From positions 5,836,954 through 5,900,953 of the forward strand of contig CM120644.1 in assembly GCA_051362555.1 (NCBI GenBank): 64,000 bases of DNA, given 5' to 3'. A program made the position numbers and the translations under genes. This document shows, piece after piece, positions 52,963-64,000 of the stretch (position 1 is its first letter; each line of letters begins with the position of its first letter). The notes under the pieces were generated by a model, which was not told the DNA's origin, ran no database searches, and saw only the letters and a list, made by a program, of their open reading frames with translations. This DNA is from Lingula anatina. Lineage: Eukaryota; Animalia; Brachiopoda.

Positions 52963-55900
52963 ATGTTTTTAGAAGTGTTAATTTTAAATGGTTTCCAATT
53001 GTTTCAGATTTAAATATTGTAGTGATTTTTTTAATGATTTTAGTTATATTATTGTAAGGCGCCTTGAGGTAGCACGTAAGGCACCATATAAGAATATTAT
53101 TATTATTATTGACAGATATCTTTTACATGTCTATTTTATTTTACAAGTTTTTTTTATTTAGAATCCTGGTTGTAAAGAACTAGAAATTCCTTCCACTTGT
53201 ATGAGTACCAATTTCTACTGTATATATGAAGTATTCAAGTAATCTGTTCTGTTATCGACTTCAAGTACCTGAGAGGGCACGACGGGCCTTACAGGGCGCT
53301 GTTTTAAATTGGAGGTAGACCATAGGGACAGTCGGTCATCCGGGCACATTACCTTAGTAACCGGCATCTGGGGTAAAACAAATCGGGCAACATGGCGGAT
53401 CGCATTGACTTCTATGTAAAAGTTGGCAGGCTTTATCCGAAGATATCATTCTTCACAGTGCCTGACCACTTGTGTCAGTGAGGATGAGTTATTTACCTGG
53501 TTGATTTCCTTTACAGGCTTTTGTAATTAGCTGCTGCACACCTGGTTAAGAGATAAAATCGGCCTTAACTGCCGATCGTTATCTGTGATCAGGAATCTTA
53601 CAGTAGTAGATTGCAAAGACTCATTTGCTTACCTGGATGAGCATAATATTCACATCTCATTGAAAAGAAAACCATATGGAAGCAACTGATATTATCAAGG
53701 AAGGTTTCAATTGTACTAATAACTGTTGACGTTGCATATTGCTGACACACATGACGGGTACATTTTGCAGGTCTACTGAAGTGAACCGGTACTTTTTAAC
53801 TCTCAGGCACGTACAAAAGTTAAATGGTGGAAGCTTGCTGTGTACCAGGTGACACTACCACTACATTAATAAAATCTAATGGGATTTGTTAAATTTCAAA
53901 GATCAACGGAAAAGTAAACGACTGTTGCAGGCTATAGGTCGTGCAAACGTGACTAAAGACGAGATTGTTGATCGAAACAAGATTTGGTCGTAGCTATACA
54001 TGCACTACAAGATTTGTGTATGTGTGTATAGTTCATTTTATTATAGATAAGGAGAAAGTCATTGTACCTTGTTTGGTATTTATGTTTTTCATTTGTTACA
54101 GAAATTAATTAGTACATGTAGTAGTTACAAGAAATTGAGATTGCATCTTGTTTTGGCATGTGTGACGGTATATCAATTCGTATAGTTAAAATTAATGGGC
54201 TATAATGTCAAACTTTTTTGTTGTAAGTTATTGATGGCGTCATAAAGGTAAGAAAAAATATGTACGTCAACATACTGTATTGACAAACCTGTGAGGTAAT
54301 GTCTAAATCTTTAAGTTATCAAAGTAAAATTTTTAAAAAGTTGCCATAGATAAAGCGACCTTAACTGTTAAAATAACATACAGCTTTATTGCCGTGTTTG
54401 TTATTCAATTTAATTTTAATCTTGTACGTTTTGAAACTTAACGTTCTCTCTTCCATGATATTTCGCCCGAAAAGTGCACAATAAGATTGTAAACACTCAT
54501 ATGACGCGTAGCTGCCAATATTAATACAGGTAACACAACGTGTCTTCTCTTCCAAAAAGTTGGCAAGCAACTGTTTATGCTGTCCTTCCAGGCTTGCATT
54601 AATATACATATGAACTGTATACAGACCAAAGAGGCCATGGGACCGATGACATTGCCCTTATCCCGTTCCCCAGGCTATTGCAGCAGCAGGTGATTAAATC
54701 ACAATTTGTAGAAATCTTATTCTAATAACATCTCAGTGTTGCACATTTCCCAGGCCTTTCTTACGATCCACGTTCTAAGAAGCCATTCCTATTTCACTAC
54801 CAGTACCTCATGTACATGTACAGGTACTTATTGTGGACATTTGCGTATGCAATTAAGACCAATTTTATCCCGTAACAAGTTAAACAGTAGCTTATTACAA
54901 AGGCCTGCTAACTCAATAGTCCAGGTAAATGATTCAACGCGCCAGACACAAAAGGTCAAGCACTGCCTTTGCAAAATATCTTCTGCTGTAAAATTCCCGA
55001 TCACAGATAACGATCGGCAGTTATATTAAGGACGATTTTATCTCTTAACCAGGTGTGCAGCGGCTAATTACAAAAGCCTGTAAAGGAAATCAACCAGGTA
55101 AATAACTCATCCTCACTGACACAAGTGGTCAAGCACTGTGAAGAATGATATCTTCGGACAAAGTCTGCCAACTTTTACATAGAAGTCAATGCGATCCGCC
55201 ATGTTGCCCGATTTGTTTTACCCCAGATGCCGGTTGCTAAGGCGTGTGACGTCAGCCCGACTGTCCCTATACTCAAGCAGTAAATAGCCGTAAAACACAA
55301 ACTCACGTTGAACATCAAAACTTTATTAGAAAACCTGTATCAAAGTTAACACTGACTGTAATTTAGAGTATAGTAACTGACAGTGCTTTACTTATTTGTC
55401 GATTATATCGGATATTAACGGCAACTGCACATGAGGGAGAAGACGAGGTTTTCACAGTGGTACATGTACCTGGTAGTTTCTTGATATCCGTAGTTAGTAG
55501 TGCCGATTATTTACGACCATAAAGTTCTACCAGTCCTTTCTTGTGGGTAATTTATGAAAAATTGTATATCATGTCGTAAATAAATAACTGTGTGCATTCT
55601 CCTTCCACATACGAAACCGACGGCAATCAGAGCTCCCGCCATCTTGGATAAAATTAGTTGTGTTGTATATAAAAAAAACGATGTGCGGAAACAAATACTA
55701 CACACCAGTCAGCATAAAAACAATCCAAGCAATAAATGATCCAGAAAACAAGTGCCATTTATCCAAAAAATACCCATTTCATGAGATAAATAACCTTAAT
55801 TCAATTTATTTACATCTGAATGAGTTCGTAGTTTAGCAGTCACCGCTACTGCCCATGCGCAGATGGTCTTTTTCGCGTAGTTTTAGCGTTGATTGTTTTT

Positions 55901-58900
55901 AATGTAATTTAACCATTTTGTGTTTTGAAAAAATTTTATTTCATTTTTTGGTACCTGAATATATGCTGTAAACATCTTGTATAGCCATCATACATAACTA
56001 CGTCGGCCATACGAGTTATTTGTCAGTAAATATGGGGTTACCTGAACATTTTATATAGAAAAGCATATGGGAGAAAAATTTCAGGCTTAAATATAAAACG
56101 CTCTAAAAAATAGATTATTTTAAATATGCAACTTTTCGGGCTCAATTTATTAGTTTTTAGCATAGTTCTTCACAATAAATTAAAAGAAAACAAAATCTGG
56201 GAGGGTCATGTTCCAATGCCCCTATGTTATTTTTCTGATTCTTACAGAGACTGGTACTTAAGTAATTCTAGGCACAGGCTGTATGTTACTCATAATTACT
56301 TGTAGATGTATAGGCGTGGATGAATTTTGCTAGTCTGCCATTATTTCTTATCCCACACTGGGGTTGCGCTAGCAATTTTTTTCGCTTAGCCAAATCACCC
56401 CATTTTTGTCAATTTGTTACCAAAATGGATATAATTTGGCTAAAACATGTTAAATCAAGCCCTTTTTATTAGCCAATTTGAGTCAGTTTTAGCATTTGGC
56501 TAAATTGGCGAGTGTTAGCGCTACCCCATCCACATCACTCCAAATTTCTCAAAATCTCGCTTGATTTTGCTCAAGTTGCAAGACTGGGTTATTTGGATGA
56601 TTCCCATTTCCATAATTATTACATATTGAAAAATTTATCAGCTTGATTATTTTATTTATTTATGTATTGATTCTAGTAGTTTGTTAGTATTTATTTATTT
56701 GTTTGTTTGTTTGTTCATTTGTTTATTTTCCATCACCAGGTGACCCAGTGCTGTGGCCTGACATGGCACTTGGTCCATTTGCAGACAGCCCTCAGTTCCC
56801 GCTGCCAGGGTTCACGGGGGTCAACTTGGAGGAGCTGGGCGTCAACCCACAGGAGGCCAGGGCCAGGCTCATACCACTCACTGGGGTGAATTAGCAACTT
56901 CTTTCATACTTTTTCTGATAAAGTTATTGCTTGTCTTTGGTACACCAATACTGGGGTGAATAAGCAACTTCTTTCATACTTTTTTAATCAATTTATTGCA
57001 TGTCTTTGGCACGCAGATATGCAAATACTTAAATAATTGAAAGATAAAATATTTTAAGAAATAATCCTTCAGTTACCTTATAATTAAGACTTGTAGCAAT
57101 TACATAAGTTTTCATTAACTGTTTTAACTACTAAATAATACATAAAATCTCACCTCCTTGCGAGATGATATCAGAAAACTACCGTGGCTAAGCAAAGGAT
57201 TCAAACTACTGTGTAAATCATAAGTTGCTTAAAGCATTAGAGAAAAAGCACAGTTACTACGCAATTATTCTGAAATGTGTGCTTGCCATCATATCATGTG
57301 ACCTCAGATGGCTACACTCAGTAATAATCCTTTATGAGAATATTACAAAAAACCAAACTGAATGAATTCATTAACCATTCTAAAGTTTAGGAATATTGTC
57401 CTAGGACCTTTACCCTAGGAAAATACATTTTTTGGGGCCAAATGAACAGTTGTTATCCCTTTAACCACTTCATCATTTCTTTCAGCCGGAGGGTCTTACG
57501 ATAATGAGAACTGTCTTACAGGGCGGTCTCCATGGTCTGAGCATCGGTCACCGTGGAGACAAACTCCCATCAACACTGGAGATGGAAAAGCTACACAGGG
57601 CGCAGCAGCATATGATGGTAGGTCTTTGTGGAAATAAATAAATAAATTTTTGTAAAAAAAATGAAATGTTAATTGTAACTCTTGCACCAGTAGCTTCTGC
57701 AGAAAATGTACAGATACAGTTATATAATTATATTATATTATATAATAATATAACATACCACAGGTAGCAATAGTTATTTTAAATTATTTATGTAATGTTA
57801 CAGGTTACAATAATAGCAGACTTCTGACTAAAAAATGTACACACTTATATATATAATAGTTTTTGCAGACATGCTGAAACTGTCGGTCCGATCGGTCATG
57901 ACCGGCAAAATTTGTCTGGACCGGTAAAATCTTGTACTTTGTCGGTCCAAAGGACCGACAAGAGTTTTAAGAGCCGCCATTTTGAATTAACAGTAAGCGT
58001 TCGATGTGCTTCAGAAATAAAATTATATAAAATCCACATCATTTTTTCTTCCATTTACTAATCTAGTGACACGTCAAAATGACCACATTTCGGTCACATT
58101 TACTTACAAAGTACGCTAGCCAATCGTATTATCCCTCTCTCAAACGAATGGGTTCTTCCCCATGGGGAATCCCCCTGCTCTCGATAATTACGCGCCCCGT
58201 CATTGGTATATTGGCCGCGACACACAGACAGCTATCACGAGGGCGGTCCACGCTGCCAAGCACATGTAAACATGCAGGAAAAAATGTTAACTGCTTAACT
58301 TGGACGCCTGACTCCTTTCTCAAGAACAATTATTCATATAGGAACCAAGGATAATGACGCCTGACCTTCGAAGGTACGTATACATCGTTATTCGTTCTTT
58401 TAGGGAGAAAAAAGCGTTGATAGTAGCCTACATGGAAATGAGGTCACCCGATTCACTCAGTAAAAACGATTTCAGAATTATAGGACTGAATATTATGCAT
58501 AATCAATGGTGATTGTAACGATATTTAACTAATGGGTACTTTCGTTTGCATTCAGCTAATACGCGGCAGTGCCTTCCGCATTGCGACGTTTTACGTAAAA
58601 AAAGTTTGACAGTTCGGTCGCTTCCTCGAACCTACCGAAAAAACTCGATCCGTGGTGTATGAACATAATGGTTCACAGATTTTAAATATTCCGTAAGCAT
58701 AAACGCGATACCTGTTACCAGTACCAGTTACAGTTTTCATATTATCAGTATGTACATTTTTATTATTTTAGATTATGATATCGTCGAGTCCTGACCAGGA
58801 AGCCGTTCGTTTCCATGCAGATGAGACAGATACAGTGAAGTGGCTAGCATGTTTCATGCATTGGCACTCCCATTCGGACTACAATCTTTACTGTTTGTGT

Positions 58901-61900
58901 GGCATCAAAATTTGCAAATTATTTTCAATGAAAGGAGAAATTGACCAAGAGCAAATTTTGCTACTGTTGAACAGTGGAAATGAGTTTTTTTCATTTAATT
59001 TTTTATCAAATTCATTTCAATTTGAAACAATATTAATTTTTTTGAGAAATTGATCATGATAAAATTTATAATTAACCTAAATTTATGACAGGGATGTGAA
59101 ATATATGATGAATTACTTTAAGCCGTACGTGCACTATTGAATTAAAGGACAAAGGTCTAAGTGTGAAATTCAAGGACTTTCAAAGGAAGAAACAAAATCA
59201 AGCTCTTCTAAAGGCCTGTATGAACCCTGGAACTTATGAAATGAGTACAACAATAAAGCAGTGCTTCACAAGTGTGTGTTTTTGTTTTTTTTAAATTTAC
59301 AACATGTCCAAATTATTTAATAGTATTACTGAATATGTATTTACAAGAGTTACTTCTGTGTACTACTATGCAAACAAAACGTTTCCATTATTGAATGGAC
59401 ATTTTCGGTCCGGCAAAAGTCCATTCGGTCCGGCAAAGTTTTCATCACTGCCGGTCCGAATGTCCGGCAGTTCTGAAAAGTTTTCAGCATGTCTGTTTTG
59501 TGGTAGCGCTAGCAATTTTTTTCGCTTAGCCAAATCACCTCTTTTTTGTCAATTTGTTATCTAAATGGTCTGAATTTGGCTAAAATTAGTCAAATCAAGC
59601 CCTTTTTGTTTAGCCAATTTAAGTCAGTTTTAGCATTTGGCTAATTTGGCGAGTGTTAGCGCTACCCCAGAGTTTGTTTTGACTAAGTTGTTTTTTGACT
59701 TGATGATAGTTTACTGAGTTAAATTGAAGACGATTATTTTAACAATTGAAGATAAGAGGATTAGCATAAAATCAAAATAGAAAGACATATAAAAATAGTT
59801 TGTATTCAAAAGCAAAATAATGTTTTAAAAATTGTGATAGTAATTGGCAGTTTAAAATTGAGAACAATTTGAGGCTACAGTGTATATTGCTGACAGACTG
59901 CGATTTAACACTGGGTTGTCCCCAAATGCCTGTAAAATGGAAACCTGGCCCAGTAAAATGTTGAACATTTGAGCCCACGCTGGCCACAGTGTTGCTTTGT
60001 CCTGTAAGATTTTTTTGAAAAAGTTCTCGACACAGAATGTAAGAATACTTTATCAGAAAATTTAGAAAGGAAGTGGATTTTTGTATTAGACCTATGTTGA
60101 CCCTGGATGGATCTGCAAAGGACCGTTTTAATGTTAAAACATGTAACATAGTTTTGGGTGTAAAACGAGTGCAATATGCATTCTCTGCTACTGCTGCTAT
60201 TACTGCTAATGATACTACTACTGTAACAGCTACAACCACTACTACCACTACTTCTACCACTAATAATAATTACACCTCCTTACGCTTTGCAGGAGAAGTA
60301 CATAAGTCAGTTGGAGGAGAGGTTTGAGAAAGAAGACGACCTCTATGACAGCGAGTATGAAGGCTACGATATGTCGTCCACTTCACTGCCCAAGTTTGAG
60401 TGTGAAGTACATGACTGTCCCACCAAAGGTATGAAATAGTAAATGCTAGTGAGATTTTTTAAAGCATGGAAGGTTTTTTTTTCAATGTAAAGTATTTTTA
60501 AAAGTAATTTTCTACCTTGAATTTGCCAGAGTGAGTGAATTGTAAATGAAGTTGTAAAAAAAAAATTACAATGCACACATATATGATAATAAGTACAACT
60601 GCATGCATTTCTCAAATAGGAATAAAATAAGTGCCTTAATATAAAAGTTAATTGGAATGCACCAGTGTTCTGTCACCTGCTCTTAGTCCGTGAAGCAGTA
60701 GTTCCCCAAATGATGTGTATTTTCAGGTTGCCTTTCGTTTTAAACATTTATACTGTAACATTCAGACTTTGTAAAAGTAGTTAAGGTATACTGTGTCATA
60801 ATTGTTTTATTTTTATTAATTAATTAATTTATTTATTTATTTATTTGTCTTTAAAACTTCAAACTGAGCCATAAAAAGCATGTGTACTGAAGAAAATACA
60901 AATGTGTACAATTTTTTCCCCAACTTTTTAAAGACTTCGTGGACTTGTTCCCGGGCAAGAATTTGCAGGAGGGACCGTTTACTGCAGTGACCATTACTTT
61001 GAAGACGGAGAATGACATGAGTGCATATAATGAAGACGTTGAAGAGGAGAGGGAAGAATTACTGGATCAGGTATCAGAAATTGTGAAAAATTGCGGAGGG
61101 GTGGGGGTACTCGAGGGGAAGACGTTGAGACCATTCAGAATGAGAAGAGCTTTGTGCTAGCTGCTCCTTGACCTAAATCTGGTGAACCTACATGAAAGGA
61201 AGACTGCTTAATCCTGTAATGGCCTCTCCGCCTCTTTAATGCCTCCCCACGCATTGTCCCTGTAGAGGCACAGTAATTAAATCTTGGCTCAATTCAACAG
61301 GTCGAGGGACAATGCGTGGGGAGCCATGCGAGAGGTGGAGAGACCATTACAGGTTGAAGCAGTCTTCCTTTTATGTAGGTCCACCATATTTAGGTCGTGG
61401 CCTAGCTAGCATTCGGCTCTTCTCATTCTGAATGGCCTCATGGGTATTATATTAAATGACTTTGATGAAGAACTGAAAGTGAAGAGTGATAAGGGACTCA
61501 GTGTGATTATTTCAGAAAGGAAGCTTCAAGGGGGGGGGGGGTGATAGTGTGGTTATTTCAGAAAGGAAGCTTCAAGGGGGAGGTGATAGTATGGCTATTT
61601 CAGAAAGGAAGCTTCAAGGGGGGGGGGGGGTGATAGTGTGGTTATTTCAGAAAGGAAGCTTCAAGGGGGGGAGGTGATAGTGTGGTTATTTCAGAAAGGA
61701 AGCTTCAAGGGGGGGGGGGGTGATAGTGTGGTTATTTCAGAAAGGAAGCTTCAAGGGGGAGGTGATAGTGTGGCTATTTCAGAAAGGAAGCTTCAAGGGG
61801 GGGGGTGATAGTGTGGTTATTTCAGAAAGGAAGCTTCAAGGGGGGGGGGGGTGATAGTGTGGTTATTTCAGAAAGGAAGCTTCAAGGGGGGGAGGTGATA

Positions 61901-63014
61901 GTGTGGTTATTTCAGAAAGGATCCTTGGGGGGTGATTAAGATTATGGATTAAACTGGGCATATAAGACAGTAGAACATTGAGAGAGAATGCATTGTTAGC
62001 ATTTGTGAGGATGAAGGACAGAGGAGCATTATGTAGTGTAATGGTAATAAGCAACAGTGTTTAGTAGAACATTTTCAGTATGGTCCCAGCAACCTTGAGT
62101 AAAGATAAGGCATGGGGTTGATATTATAACATCTCATTAAGGTAGTGTATTTATTTTATTTGATTTTTCAGTTCCATGACTTGGCCCAGGTGATGTGCGA
62201 GGCTCTAAAGGGGAAGGGTTACTGGGCAGACTTCATTGACCCTTCCAGTGGGAGACCAGTGAGTGAACTATGAAGTGTTCCTAAGTATAAAGATAATTCT
62301 CTCTCTCTCTCTCTTTCTCTCTCCGCATTCAGAACGGTGGACTTACTAGTCCGTGGGTCAAATATGGCGACCTACTAAAAAGTTTGCTGTCTTATCCGCT
62401 AATAGACACTGAATAGATTCCCCATGGGGAATATTTGACCCTCTGACTAGTTTGTCCACTGTTCTGAATGAGGCTTCTCTCTCCCTCTGCCTCTCTAGGG
62501 GGACTTGGATTTAAAAGGCACATGCTGATGGAATATTTTCAAGGTGAACGCGTGAAAACTACAGTCGAACCTAAGATGAATTTATATAACATGTAGGTTC
62601 TGTACTCTGGTCAACTTATTTTGGTACCTTGGTTAGTAAAATAACTTTATTTTATGAATATTTCAGTTAAAACATACCAATTATACATGTGCATTGAATA
62701 TTTCTGTCGTATTTTGTTTAAAAATATATATTCAATATTCCGGTCAAATTTTCTTTCAGTACTATGGAGACTTCACCAACGCGACTTTATTCGAGACGGA
62801 CGAGCGCTACAAACACTTCGGTTTCGACATTGATGACGCTGGATGCTGTAAGGTGATCTCGCACCCGCTGTGGGGAACCCGGGTTTTCGTGGGATGTCTA
62901 TTCACCAACGCCCCCAGTGACGACCCAATACACAAGTCTATGCTGATGGAGCTAAAGACACTGGAAGAGAAAGAGCCCGTGATGGCGCCAGATGAGCCAC
63001 CGGCTAAGACTTAA
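48977..63014 (+). CDS. MMADHC: Cobalamin trafficking protein CblD; exons 48977-48988, 49539-49674, 56740-56885, 57486-57617, 60293-60428, 60934-61070, 62172-62258, 62760-63014
   Basis: [58 protein letters not shown] and [47 protein letters not shown] are MMADHC motifs; all introns GT-AG and in phase. Confidence 0.97.
49700..49905. mobile_element. MITE / inverted repeat in MMADHC intron 2
   Basis: TTCCCATAGATTTAGATCGATCTGTCC ... GGATAGATTGACCTAAAAATCTATGGGAA inverted pair. Confidence 0.65.
52575..53110 (+). mobile_element. L2/CR1-type LINE 3' end (5'-truncated)
   Basis: HITPILK..WL...YLSD and [41 protein letters not shown]; tail AAGGCGCCTTGAG...CCATATAAGAA(TAT)n. Confidence 0.85.
53324..55268. 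mobile_element. 1.9-kb element with ~285-bp TIRs and AT TSD (ISL2EU/PIF-like), nested in the TTAA element
   Basis: 53324-~53610 is the reverse complement of ~54980-55268 at high identity; ends AT-AGGGACAG ... CTGTCCCT-AT. Confidence 0.85.
56358..56528. mobile_element. MITE (TGGGGTTGCGCTA / TAGCGCTACCCCA), copy 1
   Basis: Terminal inverted repeats; near-identical second copy at ~59501-59670. Confidence 0.8.
57866..59495. mobile_element. 1.6-kb hAT-like non-autonomous element with 5-bp TSD
   Basis: TIR CAGACATGCTGAAA / TTTCAGCATGTCTG; CGGTCCG subterminal repeats at both ends; TTTTG duplicated at 57861-57865 and 59496-59500. Confidence 0.85.
59501..59670. mobile_element. MITE, copy 2 of the 56358-56528 family
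   Basis: Same GCGCTAGCAATTTTTTTCGCTTAGCCAAATCACC...GGCGAGTGTTAGCGCTACCCCA sequence. Confidence 0.8.
61126..61440. mobile_element. Palindromic foldback MITE (~135-bp arms)
   Basis: TGAGACCATTCAGAATGAGAAGAGC...CCCCACGCATTGTCCCT pairs with AGGGACAATGCGTGGGG...GCTCTTCTCATTCTGAATGGCCTCA. Confidence 0.85.
61500..61935 (+). repeat. Minisatellite, ~44-48-bp unit x ~9, with variable poly-G tract
   Basis: GTGATAGTGTGGTTATTTCAGAAAGGAAGCTTCAA(G)n repeated. Confidence 0.95.
62323..62473. mobile_element. Small foldback MITE with CATTCAGAA termini
   Basis: CCGCATTCAGAACGGTGGAC..ACTAGTC...GGGTCAAATAT / ATATTTGACCC...GACTAGT..GTCCACTGTTCTGAATGAGG. Confidence 0.8.
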
Positions 63015-64000
63015 AATATTGAAAAAAAACTGTTGGAAGTTAAAAGCGGACTTTGTATGGTGTTAGGTATTGTGCTAGTTGACATTATGTGGAGCTAAGC
63101 TTAAAGTTTATTTTTGTTGAAATAATTCAACCTTGCATTCCCCTCCTTTTATTTTCAATAATGAAAATTGACTGAAAAATGGGGTGAGGGATAAATAAGC
63201 TTGTAAATGTCCTATGATGATCATAAAAAGTGAATATGAAGTCAAAAAACACTTATTTACAGGACTGAACAGTGACGAAATATCAAAGAGGAGAGTAACA
63301 AAAAGATTTGAAAGGAAAGCCAATCAAACATGTTTAACATATTGTATTGGTATTGTATAAAAAGATTTGCGTTTGACTTTGTCAAATTTCGCTGTTCTTT
63401 CAATCGTTCGCGGAGGCAGGTATGAAATAAATTACAATGACAGATTATTTGACTCTGAACAACAAAGAGATGACGACAGCAAAGTTAAAAAGATCGTCGC
63501 ATCGTCAGGGTTACAGAAAGTGTTCACAATGTTACATTAGCGCTATTTTCTTTTAAATTGCCATCTCGGCGTTGGTACATATAGCTCTATTACATGACAG
63601 GGTGGCAACCAATTTGGGGGGAGGGGGGAGGGGGGGTAACACATGATTATCACTATATATATATATGTGTGTCTGAAAAGACCTAATAATTTAATTGGAT
63701 TTTTGATATGAAATCTTTCTCACCGTATTTATCCAGCTGTGGGGAGGGGGGGGGGGGCAGCGTAATAATTTTACCATATATATTAATAATTCTTTGAGAA
63801 GTTCTGATAATGTACATTGGGTTTTTGATACGAATTTTTTTTCACTGTATTTACCCAGCTTCTACAGCATCTATGGTTTCTCAGCGTATTCGGGCATCTT
63901 TGAAAAATAACCTAGATTTCTGTTCTCTCAAATGATTGGGTTCTATAATTGTGCTAAAATGAGAACATGGATTGTGCCAGAAGCATTTCTTAACGGTTTT

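Larger units (their letters stand above)
50068..56257. mobile_element. 6.2-kb non-autonomous DNA transposon with TTAA TSD and ~380-bp internal tandem repeats
   Basis: TIR GTACCAGTCTCTGTAAG plus inner ACATGACCCTC.CAGATTTT block; TTAA at 50064-50067 and 56258-56261; repeat units marked by CAAGATGGC at 50231, 50621, 51003, 51374. Confidence 0.85.

Noticed and set aside
54361-55029. ORFs inside the long-TIR element as possible transposase
   Set aside because: No DDE, THAP or YqaJ motifs recognisable in these translations.
59772-60327. 162-aa minus ORF and 84-aa plus ORF
   Set aside because: Driven by an (ACT)n/(GCT)n low-complexity tract in an MMADHC intron.
60911-60933. TTTTTTCCCCAAC as a U12 branch site or AC acceptor
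   Set aside because: Donor is GTATGA, not the U12 RTATCCTT consensus; the ordinary AG at 60932-60933 keeps frame.

Overview
AT-rich, intron-rich animal (invertebrate bilaterian-type) genomic DNA; no prokaryotic features. Seven spliced protein-coding genes can be rebuilt by hand from splice signals and reading-frame phase: the 5' part of ICE2/NARG2 (minus, runs off the left edge) head-to-head with a complete TRA2 splicing factor (1548-6072); a small WBP1/VOPP1-like single-pass membrane protein with three PPxY motifs (13582-29418); a secreted SUEL/rhamnose-binding-type lectin with an extra Cys-rich C-terminal domain (33815-36488); a 150-aa two-exon gene that looks like a stand-alone KCTD C-terminal domain (37807-39146); and C2orf69 (minus) head-to-head with MMADHC/cblD (48977-63014). 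Introns and intergenic DNA are packed with non-autonomous DNA transposons whose TIRs and TSDs can be read directly: a four-level nested stack at 39452-45062, a 5-kb Helentron/HINE-type element, a 6.2-kb TTAA element and several 5-bp-TSD elements. LINE/SINE remnants and mini/microsatellites are also present. The most notable signals are a Tra2-binding-site-rich (AGAA) cryptic exon whose acceptor overlaps the TRA2 poly(A) site, TRA2 microexons, a GC-AG intron in ICE2, the BTB-less KCTD-like gene, the two-domain lectin, and a TGT..ACA element with a 6-bp TSD. Family calls are from remembered motifs, not database searches.
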